A stretch of 40,000 nucleotides of DNA from the NCBI RefSeq assembly GCF_018884285.1, contig NZ_CP035817.1, one strand, 5' to 3'. The DNA comes from Escherichia coli. Its GTDB lineage: Bacteria; Pseudomonadota; Gammaproteobacteria; Enterobacterales; Enterobacteriaceae. Under the pieces are notes generated by a model that saw only the letters and a list, made by a program, of their open reading frames with translations, was not told the DNA's origin and did no database searches. Position numbers and translations under genes: made by a program. Every line of letters begins with the position of its first letter. Position 1 is the first letter of the stretch. Positions 18,782 through 29,107 of this stretch are shown here, one piece after another.

Positions 18782-19549
18782 ATGGGGGAGGCGATACTCT
18801 ATCAGTTGCATAGTCTGCTGGCTGCTACAGCGCTCGGTTTTTGCCGATTGGCACCAACTTTCTATTTGTTACCATTTTTCGCCAGTGGGAATATACCAAC
18901 AGTAGTTCGTCACCCAATAATAATAGTGGTATCATGTGCATTAGTTCAGCATTACCACTATGAATTATTGAACTTAAATGAAATCGATATTGCTTTGTTC
19001 GCTGCCAGAGAAATTATCATAGAGCTGTTTATTGCATGCTTATTAGCATCCCCGTTTTGGATGTTCCTTGCTATAGGTAGCTTTATCGATAACCAACGCG
19101 GTGCAACATTAAGTAGTACTTTGGATCCGGCTACAGGTGTCGATACCTCGGAATTAGCAAGATTATTTAACCTTTTCTCTGCTGCGGTTTATCTTACTAA
19201 AGGTGGAATGAACTTTATTCTGGAAACTCTTTGGCAAAGTTATAATTTATGGCCTTCAGGCAATTTTAATTTTCCTAAATTAGAGCCTTTATTCTCATAT
19301 ATTAATAACATAATGACTCATACTATCGTTTACGCAAGCCCCGTGATTGCCGTTATGCTGGGCGGTGAGGCTGTCCTGGGATTGCTGGCATGTTATGCTT
19401 CACAACTAAATGCTTTTGCCATTTCACTGACTGTCAAAAGTGCGCTGGCATTTTTAATATTAATTATTTATTTTGCCCCAATACTGGCTGAACGAGTAAT
19501 GCCGTTATCCTTTTTCCCAGAACAATTGCAACTATACATTGAGAAATAG
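18782..19549 (+). CDS. epaR: SctT/SpaR (FliR-family) export apparatus protein, intact
   Basis: 255-aa polytopic membrane ORF. The motif IDNQRGATLSSTLDPATGVDTSE matches SpaR IDNQRGATLSSSIDPANGIDTSE. Confidence 0.85.
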   Translation: MGEAILYQLHSLLAATALGFCRLAPTFYLLPFFASGNIPTVVRHPIIIVVSCALVQHYHYELLNLNEIDIALFAAREIIIELFIACLLASPFWMFLAIGSFIDNQRGATLSSTLDPATGVDTSELARLFNLFSAAVYLTKGGMNFILETLWQSYNLWPSGNFNFPKLEPLFSYINNIMTHTIVYASPVIAVMLGGEAVLGLLACYASQLNAFAISLTVKSALAFLILIIYFAPILAERVMPLSFFPEQLQLYIEK

Positions 19550-19557
19550 AGTGTTTC

Positions 19558-20678
19558 ATGGCCAATAAAACTGAAAAGCCAACACAAAAGAAACTCCAGG
19601 ATGCTTCTAAAAAAGGGCAAATTCTAAAAAGTAGAGACTTAACCATCTCTGTAATAATGCTTGTGGGTACTTTATATCTCGGATATGTTTTTGATGTGCA
19701 TCACATTATGTCGATTCTTGAATACATCCTTGATCATAACGCTAAACCAGATATTTGGTACTATTTTAAAGCTATGGGGGTTGGTTGGTTGAAAACGAAC
19801 ATTCCTTTTTTGCTGGTTTGCATGTTCACAACAATACTTGTCTCCTGGTTTCAAAGTAAAATGCAATTAGCAACTGAAGCTGTTAAATTTAAGTTTGATT
19901 CATTGAATCCAGTAAATGGCTTAAAGCGTATATTTGGCTTAAAAACCGTAAAAGAATTTGTTAAAGCAATTCTTTATATTGTTTTTTTTGCATTGGCGAT
20001 CAAAGTATTTTGGAGTAATCATAAATCACTGCTTTTTAAAACTCTTGATGGAGATATCATATCTTTATTATCAGATTGGGGAGAGATGCTATTCCTTCTC
20101 ATACTGTATTGTCTCGGCAGTATGATAATTGTCTTAATTTTTGATTTTATCGCTGAATATTTTTTATTTATGAAAGATATGAAAATGGATAAACAAGAAG
20201 TTAAAAGAGAATACAAGGAGCAAGAAGGAAATCCAGAAATTAAGTCTAAACGCAGAGAGCGCATCAGGAAATTCTTTCTGAGCAATTGAAGTCTGATGTC
20301 AGTAATAGTCGTTTGATGATTTCCAACCCTACTCACATTGCAATAGGGATATACTTTAAGCCACATCTTTCACCTATTCCATTGATTTCTGTAAGAGTAA
20401 CTAATGAGGTGGCCTTAGGCGTAAGGAAATATGCAAAGGAAATCGGAATACCAATTATCACAGATAAAAAATTAGCACGAAAAAATTATGCTACCCATCG
20501 TCGCTACGATTATGTTAGCTTCGAAAATATAGATGAAATATTACGTCTTCTGCTGTGGCTTGAAGATGTGGAGAATGCTGGGCAACCTGTTCAAGATGAA
20601 CAGCTCTCTTCAGAAGATAAATTCATTGAGGGTGAAGACACAAAAATCGAGAATAAAGACGATAATTTAAAAAATTAA
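19558..20678 (+). pseudogene. epaS: SctU/SpaS (FlhB-family) autocleaving switch protein, frameshifted between 20250 and 20262
   Basis: Track ORFs 19558..20289 and 20286..20678 are in different frames. The SpaS-like sequence continues as ...NPEIKSKRRER then HQEILSEQLKSD...SNPTHIAIGIYF (NPTH autocleavage site) only after a -1 frame change. The span is 1121 nt, not a multiple of 3. Confidence 0.85.
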
Positions 20679-20707
20679 ACATCTGTCGTAGTCAGAAATT
20701 TATAAGA

Positions 20708-20732
20708 ATCTACACGCAAAAAGCGTGTAGAT
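20708..20732. terminator. Perfect 10-bp-stem hairpin between convergent epaS and a lipoprotein gene
   Basis: ATCTACACGC-AAAAA-GCGTGTAGAT, flanked by A/T-rich sequence on both sides. Confidence 0.6.
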
Positions 20733-20738
20733 CCTTAT

Positions 20739-21032
20739 TTAATGAGTTAAACGATCTTGTGAAATGATAAGCAATTGATACATACTCATCTCTTTATAAG
20801 CTGGAACTGTAGTAACCTGTGCAAATTCGCGATATAGCTTTTGCTCCAGTTCTGCTGATGATATATATTCCGGGTGTTCGCTAAAGAACTGTCTTGCATC
20901 TACTATCGCTTGGGATTCGCCACTTCTTTTATTTTGATTCTCCTTTAATGAATTTTCTCTGGTGCATGCAGAGAGCAACGATATCAGCGCGATGGTTATT
21001 ATGATGTTACTATTATATCCTACTAATGACAT
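20739..21032 (-). CDS. Small hypothetical lipoprotein of the ETT2 island
   Basis: 97-aa ORF with a signal peptide and lipobox (IALISLLSAC). I recognise no family. It lies downstream of etrA on the same strand. Confidence 0.5.
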   Translation of the reverse strand: MSLVGYNSNIIITIALISLLSACTRENSLKENQNKRSGESQAIVDARQFFSEHPEYISSAELEQKLYREFAQVTTVPAYKEMSMYQLLIISQDRLTH

Positions 21033-21102
21033 ATCAACTTTCTCTTACGCAAGATTGGAGTTTAAAATAATGTTTATCCCATTCACAGAGTGCTATAAAC
21101 AA

Positions 21103-21534
21103 CTAAACAGTACCTTTTATGTTAAGTTTATTTAGGGCTCTTATTTTGTGATATGATATTGTTTTATAATCAATTCCTTTAATAATGGCTATTTGTTTTA
21201 ACGAGTAAGAAACACATAACCGCAGGATATCTATCTCATCATGGATAAGTGGTTCTTGTGTGGAATACACATTTTGTGTATGAAGATTTGAAACCAGGAA
21301 ATGCGTTAAATCAGATAATGTAATATTCTTATTGATCCTGATGAAATTGTTGCTCAAAAGGATGTTTACAGGTTCTGTATTTGGTTTGAGATTTCGATGT
21401 TGATGCTCATCAATAACAACGAACGAATGTCCAAGATCAACCAACGCAACTAAATCGCTGTAATATTCTTTTTGGGATGCTAATAATGCATTAGTGCCTA
21501 CAGTGAAGTAGACATCACTGGAAAAGACTTGCAT
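21103..21534 (-). CDS. etrA: LuxR/GerE-type HTH transcriptional regulator of ETT2
   Basis: 143-aa ORF with a C-terminal GerE-type HTH (LKQIAIIKGIDYKTISYHKIRALNKLNI). It is divergent from eprH, as I recall for etrA in O157 ETT2. Confidence 0.7.
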   Translation of the reverse strand: MQVFSSDVYFTVGTNALLASQKEYYSDLVALVDLGHSFVVIDEHQHRNLKPNTEPVNILLSNNFIRINKNITLSDLTHFLVSNLHTQNVYSTQEPLIHDEIDILRLCVSYSLKQIAIIKGIDYKTISYHKIRALNKLNIKGTV

Positions 21535-21791
21535 ATGCCCACCTGTACTCTAAAATCATTTAGGGTAAATATTACGTGTAAAATTTAAAATAAGAGTGAT
21601 TGTTATATTTGCTTAACATTGAGGGAATAGGGTTTATACCTTAAATTGTAAATAAAGTTATGCATAGAGGCATTTAAAATAGTTCTCGAAATTATAATTT
21701 TTTTATTCTGTGTCATCATAATTTGGTCATGAAATTTCCGTCTTGTTACACTACTCTAAACTAGAGCTTATGGAATTAGCGGGTGGTATTC

Positions 21792-22974
21792 ATGGAAAAT
21801 AATGATAAATTCTTATCACAAGACTTATTGGAATCTTATGCCATTCGTTTGTTGAGCGGACCATTGAATGGATGCGAGTATGAAATACTTAATGGGCGTC
21901 TACTTGTTATCATTGGTAATGATGTTTCGTTAGGAAGAAGTGATGCTTTTTCTGAGTTACCAGAAAACACAATAGTCGTTCCTTATGGCGAGCTTACAGG
22001 TAGTTTTGAGATAATAATTACTACCGACCCTGATCTGGTAGTAACATTCAGAGAATTAACAGCACAAGAACCTGAAGATAGAACGTTAACATTGAATCAG
22101 CAAATAGAAGTTTTAGGTCTCAAATTTGCTGTAAAAGAAAAAAATGAAGTTTGGCAGTATTCATTGCCAGGCATTATTGAAAATAACATTATTTCTACAA
22201 AACAACATTTCTTTAGCAGTAAGCTGTTTAAGTATGTAATGCTTTTTTTTTCTTTTTGCTATCATTTTTATTGCTTTTTATATTGTTAATGCTAGTAATG
22301 ATCCGCAGCTGAGACATATCGATAAAATTCTTGTAAACAAAAACAGGAATTATGAAGTTTTATATGGTAGAGATCATGTTATCTATATTAATATCAATAT
22401 TTTGGATGAAGCAGTCTGGGTCAAACAAGCACTGGAAAAAAATCAACCAGGAAAGCCAGTACGGGTGATAAATCCTGATGATGAATCGATACGAATTTTT
22501 TCATGGCTTGCTGATAATTTCCCTGATTTACAATATTTTAAACTTCAACTATTAGATGCCAGTAATCTAAGATTGACAGTGAGTAAGCAACGGAACGCTA
22601 TCACACAGCAACTAATCGATAATCTTATTAAAGGATTACTGCAAACTATGCCATATGCCAGCAATATAAGTATTGCGGTATTAGATGATAATGTATTGGA
22701 AAGTCAGGCTATTGAAACGTTGTCAGCGATAGGTCTTTCTTATGAAAAATATAAAACAGCTAACAATGTGTATTTCAATATCATTGGTACGTTAAGTGAC
22801 AGTGAATTAAATAAAATTAATAACTATGTTGACGAATATTATAAACAATGGGGTAAACAATATGTAAGATTTAATGTGAATTTGAAAAATCAGGACACAA
22901 ATAATAGTTCATTTAGCTACGGAGATAACCGATTCGAGAAGTCTCAAGGTAGCAACTGGACATTTCAGGAATAA
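21792..22974 (+). pseudogene. eprH: SctD/PrgH inner-membrane ring protein, frameshifted in a T9 tract (22243-22251)
   Basis: The N-terminal part (YAIRLLSGPLNGCEYEILNGRLLVIIGN) matches PrgH (YIVRLLNSSLNGCEFPLLTGRTLFVVG). The C-terminal part (YVDEYYKQWGKQYVRFNVNLK) matches PrgH (FVDSYYRTWGGRYVQFAIELK). The two frames overlap only across the T9 run. The span is 1183 nt, and removing one T gives a 393-aa protein (PrgH is 392 aa). Confidence 0.85.
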
Positions 22975-22987
22975 TTGAGGAGGACTT

Positions 22988-23228
22988 ATGGCAGATTGGA
23001 ATGGTTATATTATGGATATCAGCAATCAATTTGATCAGGGCGTTGATGATCTGAACCAGCAAGTTGAAAAAGCGTTGGAGGATTTAGCCAACCAATCCCT
23101 CCGACACGAAATTTCTTGCCGAATATCAAAGTGCATTAGCTGAGTATACATTATATCGAAATGCGCAATCTAACGTTGTAAAAGCGTATAAAGATCTTGA
23201 TTCAGCAATCATACAAAACTTCCGCTAA
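22988..23228 (+). pseudogene. eprI: SctF/PrgI needle subunit, frameshifted near 23093-23099
   Basis: A strong SD (GAGGAGG) precedes the ATG. Frame A reads MADWNGYIMDISNQFDQGVDDLNQQVEKALEDLANQ and then runs to a stop at 23141. Frame B reads PSDTKFLAEYQSALAEYTLYRNAQSNVVKAYKDLDSAIIQNFR*, which matches the PrgI C-terminus. The span is 241 nt. Confidence 0.85.
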
Positions 23229-23247
23229 ACTGGATAAGGATTTTATT

Positions 23248-23579
23248 ATGTCAGTAAGCAATATGCCACCTATTGATAGAGCTGAGCAATCAACTGCTCA
23301 TGAAATACAGCAAGCGAAAGTGATTGATTTAAATGACCGGGTTCTCAATCTTGACAACCCGGATGATAAAATGATCTCCGCTTTTGCCAACTATGCTGTA
23401 CAAACTGAAAATTGGCAGCAAAATGCGTTACAAGCATTAAGGTCTGATAAAGAGGGGTTAACTCCTGAAAAATTATTAGTCTTGCAGGATCATGTGCTTA
23501 ATTATAATGTCGAGGTTTCATTGGTGGAACATTAGCAAGAAAGATTGTCGCTGCAGTTGAGACGTTGACCCGCTCATGA
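23248..23579 (+). pseudogene. eprJ: SctI/PrgJ inner rod protein, frameshifted near 23524-23528
   Basis: The frame from ATG 23248 ends ...NYNVEVSLVEH*. The conserved C-terminus TLARKIVAAVETLTRS* (PrgJ: TLTRKGVGAVETLLRS) is in another frame. Restoring one G in the GG run at 23526-23527 joins them. The stop overlaps the eprK ATG (ATGA). Confidence 0.8.
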
Positions 23580-24310
23580 AATATATATCATTATTATTGT
23601 TTATCCTGCTGTTGTGCGGCTGCAAGCAGCAGGAATTATTGAACCATCTTGATCAACAGCAAGCTAATGATGTCCTTGCTGTTTTACAAAGACATAATAT
23701 TAATGCTGAAAAGAAGGATTAAGGCAAAACAGGATTTTCAATATTTGTCGAACCAACGGATTTTGCTTCTGCGGTGGATTGGCTAAAAATCTACAATCTA
23801 CCGGGTAAGCCTGATATTCAAATATCGCAGATGTTCCCTGCAGATGCACTCGTTTCATCTCCACGAGCGGAAAAAGCAAGGCTATATTCTGCTATTGAGC
23901 AGCGGTTAGAGCAATCTCTCAAAATTATGGATGGCATTATTTCTTCGAGAGTACATGTTAGTTACGATGTTGATAATGGCGATAGTGGTAAAACTGCTTT
24001 ACCAATTCATATTTCTGTACTTGCAGTATATGAAAAAGATATCAACCCAGAAATAAAAATAAATGATATCAAGAGATTTATTGTTAATAGCTCTGCAAGC
24101 GTACAATATGAAAATATTTCTGTTGTATTGTCAAAACGAAGAGACATTATTGAGCAAGCACCAACATATGAAATTAGCGAACCTGTTTTTGCTTATGATA
24201 AGGCTATGCCGGTTTCTATCTTACTTGCATTAATATCCGTAGCGACTTGCTGGCTGTTATGGAAGTATAGGGCCATTCTAACTAATTTAGTCAGGTTGAA
24301 AATTAAGTAG
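23576..24310 (+). pseudogene. eprK: SctJ/PrgK inner-membrane ring lipoprotein with an in-frame TAA at 23720-23722 (codon 49)
   Basis: The N-terminus is [55 protein letters not shown]..., in the same frame as track ORF 23774..24310. PrgK has Ser at the stop position (IDSGKLGYSI). Downstream identity is strong (QMFPADALVSSPRAEKARLYSAIEQRLEQSL). Confidence 0.88.
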
Positions 24311-24325
24311 ACATATGAGAGCGTT

Positions 24326-24907
24326 ATGAATCTTGCCCTAAGAAAGATTATATATGATCCAATTAGTTATATTCATCCTCAACGAGTAAGCTTGAATAAT
24401 ACACCTATTAACAATCCGGTGCTTAGATCTATTACCAATGAAATGATTGTTCTGCAGTACAATCTTTCAGTTGAACATTTTAATCTGAATAGTTCACTTA
24501 TTTACTACATAAACAATTGGAATTTATTTCCATTGTTCTGTTTATTCAGTGGTTATCACTTTTATCGAGAAAGGTTTGCAGAACGCGGATTTTTTTATAA
24601 GGTTCCTGCTGTGCTAAGGGATTATTTATCAGCTATACCGGTGAAAATAAATGAAAAGGCACGATACAAACCCGGCATCGCTAGCTATCACAATATCATC
24701 ACATGTGGTTTTTCAACGTTGTCACCCTATATAAGGCAACAACCATTGGCAATGCAGCAACGATTTAATTTATTATTTCCTGATTTTGTTGATCACATAC
24801 AATTGCCGTTACCACTTGCATCAACTCTTTTAGAGAGAATTACATTTTATGCGAAAAAAAATAGAGATGAGCTTGATAAAATCTCCTGCAAATGGTGTTG
24901 TGATTAA
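24326..24907 (+). CDS. ygeO: SctK/OrgA-like sorting-platform protein, apparently intact
   Basis: 193-aa ORF. IIYDPISYIHPQRV matches Salmonella OrgA IIFDPLSYIHPQRL. I recall K-12 ygeO as the truncated orgA homologue. Confidence 0.7.
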   Translation: MNLALRKIIYDPISYIHPQRVSLNNTPINNPVLRSITNEMIVLQYNLSVEHFNLNSSLIYYINNWNLFPLFCLFSGYHFYRERFAERGFFYKVPAVLRDYLSAIPVKINEKARYKPGIASYHNIITCGFSTLSPYIRQQPLAMQQRFNLLFPDFVDHIQLPLPLASTLLERITFYAKKNRDELDKISCKWCCD

Positions 24908-25555
24908 AAGAAAAATTTCTGATGGATTGAAATAAATAGTTTCTCTTAAAGAAAGTATCCTTCTTGAAACCAGCGCAAAAATTCAGAGCATTGAGGTAAA
25001 GAGAGAAGAAAAATTTATTCAAGGTTATTATGATGGCTATACAAAAGGCATTATTGATGTGATGGATAATTTTATACCCTTGATAAGCTTGTTGAGCTCA
25101 GAACTAGAAAAAAAAGAATAAACATGATAAACGATCTGAAGAGTATATTGTTAAAATCCTCAGAGGAAGTTGATGTTTTTATCAAAATTTTTGAAAGTTG
25201 GAGAAAAAAATTACCGGCAATATCAGGTCCTGTAAATCTCTTTATACCTACCAGATTCAAAGATAAGTATCTTGAAGTAGAGTCATATTTTGTCGACAAA
25301 TCAATATGGAATGTCCATATTACATTTCATGATGATAAGCGTTTTGTGTTTTTTACCGATCAATTTATTGCTGAATTTAGTCCGCAGGAATTTGTGGATA
25401 ATTGTGAGCAATATTTAATTAATAATCATTGTTTCTCCCCTGACAAGGTTAACGAAATCTGCGAACAAGCCAGACATTATTTAGTTGAAAAAATGTTTGA
25501 AACACATTCTTTGGATATGAATAATTCTGTTTTGGCAAGCCCTGAGGACTTATAG
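24867..25555 (+). pseudogene. ygeN: SctL/OrgB-like stator protein with an in-frame TAA (24933-24935) and a frameshift in an A8 tract (25108-25115)
   Basis: The ATG at 24867 lies inside the orgA-like 3' end. The reading MSLIKSPANGVVIKRKISDGLK*IVSLKES...FIQGYYDGYTKGIIDVM parallels OrgB GILIKRKTLERYF...YQEGYEQGMIDAL. Track ORF 25124..25555 carries RFVFFTDQFIAEFSPQEFVDN (OrgB: RFIMSCGDQIAEFSPEQFVET) in another frame. One extra A would join them into 229 aa. Confidence 0.75.
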
Positions 25556-25775
25556 CTCCCTGGCTCAAGTTTAATGATTTGAATATAATCTAATTGTAAT
25601 ATTTTAATCATCTCATGATTTTTTAATGCCTGTGGTATTTTTTACGAAAAAATTTTATTTTTAATTATATTTCATTATTATTTCATCAATGTATTCTTTG
25701 GATTTTGCTTATAATAATAATGGAAGGGATGATTATAAATGAATGCGTTAAAGCATTTACACTCAGGATGAATAT

Positions 25776-26408
25776 ATGGGAAAAATTAAAATTGTAGTTT
25801 CAGATCAGCAGCCGTTTATGATTGATGGGATAATTGGATTTCTCGGACATTATCCTGATTTATATAAGGTTGTTGGGGGCTATAAAGATCTGAAGAAAGC
25901 TATAGCGGAGTGTAACAAATCTACAGCCTAAATATTTATTTTAGGAGAATTTGCAGGTGGAATGATGGGGTCCGAACTCGTAAAATGGGTTAAATCGCAT
26001 AAGATAGATGCTCATATTATTACATTTGTAGCAAAGATGCCGTATATTGATTCAATAAAATTGCTTGAAGCAGGTGCGAAAGGATGCGTATGGAAAACCA
26101 GTCACCCGGCGAAACTAAATCGTGCTATTGATTCGATTAGTAATGGTTACACTTATTTTGATAGTGTACATATGGATTGTGAAAAAATATCTTCCAGGTA
26201 TTCCTCTGATAATCAACTTACAAATCGTGAGTCAGAAATATTACAACTCATAGCTGATGGTAAAACAAACAAAGAAATCGCTAATTTCTTGCAGTTAAGC
26301 AGAAAAAAAGTCGAAACTCATAGACTCAATATCATGAAGAAATTAGATGTTCACAGTGGTATCGAGTTGATCAAAACAGCTTTACGTATGGGTGTTTGCA
26401 CTATATAA
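25776..26408 (+). pseudogene. ygeK: NarL/FixJ-type response-regulator-like protein with an in-frame TAA at 25929-25931 (codon 52)
   Basis: [19 protein letters not shown]...CNKSTA*IFILGEF... is in frame with track ORF 25962..26408. That ORF ends in a GerE-type HTH ([43 protein letters not shown]). I recall K-12 ygeK as a pseudogene too. Confidence 0.8.
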
Positions 26409-26452
26409 AAAAAAGAGGCTTTAGGCTCATTTTGCTGAAGCCTTACGATTGT

Positions 26453-26929
26453 CTAGTTCATTAAGCCTGGTATATACAATATATATTTTGGGGCATATTG
26501 CTGTCTCTTTTTTTGGTTATCCATTGCAAAACCCGCATTATAAGTCCCCAGGCATTGCCACGTTACTCCACAACGTGAAAAATGGTTATATAAAATCTCG
26601 GTTCCTATTTTAATGTTCAGACAAGGGTTATCTAACAAATCTCGTTCATCTTTTATTATTCCACGTTTTTTTAACAGGGGAATATGCATCTGGTTTATCT
26701 GCATTAACCAATAATCTAAACTCTTTATATTGTTATTCTTATCTCTGTTCTTGCCTATGCTATCCTTTTTTAGATTGCTTTCAACAAGAGCGATAGCTTT
26801 AATTAAATTTGGTTCGATTCTGAACATTGTTCCTGCTTCATTAGAGCAAGAGTTGCTGGCGAAAGACATTTTTGTAATAAATATACAAAACGTGAAGATG
26901 GTTAAGAATTTAACTTTTGGTGAGCGCAT
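26453..26929 (-). CDS. pbl: IagB/IpgF-like specialised lytic transglycosylase of the T3SS island
   Basis: 158-aa ORF with a signal peptide and an SLT-domain catalytic Glu context (AIALVESN), then LMQIN and YNAG motifs. It sits downstream of the hilA-like gene, as in SPI-1 hilA-iagB. Confidence 0.75.
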   Translation of the reverse strand: MRSPKVKFLTIFTFCIFITKMSFASNSCSNEAGTMFRIEPNLIKAIALVESNLKKDSIGKNRDKNNNIKSLDYWLMQINQMHIPLLKKRGIIKDERDLLDNPCLNIKIGTEILYNHFSRCGVTWQCLGTYNAGFAMDNQKKRQQYAPKYILYIPGLMN

Positions 26930-27011
26930 ATTTTTTCATGTGTGAGGATTGAATGAAAGGGAGGAGATACTATTATAAAAGTATCTCGTTATGATTTATT
27001 TGGTCAATCGT

Positions 27012-27230
27012 CTACCATTCAATTTTATAGTAAGGTGAGATAGGATTATCTTCTGAATACATATCATTTTGAAAAGGCGCCATCCATGTTGAAACTATAA
27101 ATGCTTGTATTTGATCCGTATCAGTAGCACTGGTGTTGATGTGTTTATCTAATGATACGACTTCATCACCCGTTGCATTCGCTATATTTGAACTTTGAGA
27201 TAAATTATTGATACCGATTGGATTAGTCAT
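27012..27230 (-). CDS. ygeI: Small protein of unknown function
   Basis: The ORF is read from the ATG giving MTNPIGINNLSQ... (72 aa, as I recall for K-12 YgeI). The track ORF extends to 27260. It lies between the hilA-like and iagB-like genes. Confidence 0.55.
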   Translation of the reverse strand: MTNPIGINNLSQSSNIANATGDEVVSLDKHINTSATDTDQIQAFIVSTWMAPFQNDMYSEDNPISPYYKIEW

Positions 27231-27397
27231 AAAGCTCCCTTTTTTAATTGTCCAGGCCAATGGTCTTTACATCATACTTTTAACTCTAGAGCATTTTAAA
27301 TATCTTGCAATAAGGTGAATATCTTAGATATTTTTATCTCTGTTGTTTAAATAACAAGTTGCATACATCTAAATAATAAAATTGCGTCAATAAAAAT

Positions 27398-28774
27398 TTA
27401 TCGCATACAAATTCTCGTCAGCTGCTTTAATTTCAAAATGTTGTCAATTATAACTCGATGGCTTTCACTCTCAGTTTCTTTATAGTAGAGTTTAATGTTG
27501 TTTTTGAGCGGGTTAGGCACATACATATCTACACATTCTTTTATCACAACTGCTTTTCGTCTTCTGGGTTCGAGTTGTAGTGATTTGTCTATACAAATCC
27601 TTGCCTCTTCAATTTTTTCATTATGAAAGTGGACTAGTGCCCTATAGTAGTAGAGAGAGGCTATATCAGTTGAGTGTATCTTAGCCTGTTCAAATAAGAT
27701 ATGAGATACTTTTGCTTGTCCAGACAGACCAGTTATCAGTCCCATAATAGCTAAAATTTTTCCATCGACAGTGGTTATGTCTGATACATAATCTAAAAGC
27801 TCTAATGCTTTTTGAGCAGCAAGTTCAAGTTCACTTTTTCCATGAAGTGCCAAAGACATATGGCATTCCGCTAGAAGGCAATAACATTCTGTTTTTAGCG
27901 TCTGTATATCACTTTTATTTTGTAATCTATCAAATATAGTCATGGCCCTGTAAATGCTTTCAGGGGTGAAGTCGTAAAGTTCTTTCTTTCCGGCTAACAT
28001 TTCATCTGATAAATAATGATTCTTATATCCTTGGTCCTGCTTAGCTAATCTTACAGATCGTTCTGGTTTATGTACCGTTTGAAGGATATTATCTATAATA
28101 AATTGTGATGTATTATGTAGTTCATCAACAGGGAGATGATTACTGGCGATGAGGAAAAGGTTTTTAGCGTCGATCAACTCAATGTATAAAGTGTTCACTG
28201 CATTATTCTGGTTTATTCTTCCTGTAACGAAATAATCTGGCTTGAATCTGCTCAAGAATGAATTTTGAGATATGTGATCATTACAAAAATTTGTCGCAGC
28301 CATCGGATAGGTATAGAGACCATCGATTTTTTTATTTGAAATGATTTGCACTAATTCCTGATTAAGTATTAATGGATCCAGTGTATTCAACGAAGTAGTG
28401 AAAGGGAATATAGCTATGGAATAGTCTGAAGTATTATCTTCATTAATTTTAGTTTTGAAAACCTGCCCGCTGAAACGATAACCTTTCCGGTAGATTGTTT
28501 CTATGCAACGATCATAGCCAATTTTTTCAAAAATGCAGCGCAAAGAATAGATACATCTTGTCAGGGACTCGTCACTAACAATAATATTTTTCCATACTGA
28601 TTCGATGATCATATCTTTCAGTACAACATGACCAGCGGATTCAAGTAATACTATTAATACACCTAACTCTTTCTGTGGAATATAAACTTGCTCATTTCCT
28701 TGAGTAAGAATTCCATCTTCCGTGAGCGTTAATCCCTCAAGAAAATGATATGAGAATTTATTTTCTAAGTCCAT
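27398..28774 (-). CDS. ygeH: HilA-like transcriptional regulator (OmpR/ToxR-type winged helix plus large TPR-like C-terminal domain)
   Basis: 458-aa ORF. The N-terminus is a winged-helix DNA-binding domain ([15 protein letters not shown]...TIYRKGYRF) and a long helical-repeat domain follows. Length and context match E. coli YgeH. Confidence 0.85.
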
Positions 28775-29107
28775 TAGTTAACCTCTATGAAAAAATTGGT
28801 TTCTTGCATCCTGCTTAAGCAATAGAAATTATGGCTATTCATATTTATGTGTCATTAACGTTACAGGAAATTACATTCGACATTCTATGGTTGTGTTCAC
28901 TAATTTATCTTAGGAATTCAGTGATGTAATCTGAAATAGCCTTATTCAATTTTGATAAAGTAGATTGTTCTCTAACGCATTGAAAAATAATGATTTATAG
29001 TATGCTCTTAACTGTTTTAAGATGCTGATTTAAGAAAACATAAGAGGTGCTGGTTATAGTGGTTAACTGCACTATAACCAGCAAATTTAACCAAATGATT
29101 GTAATGC

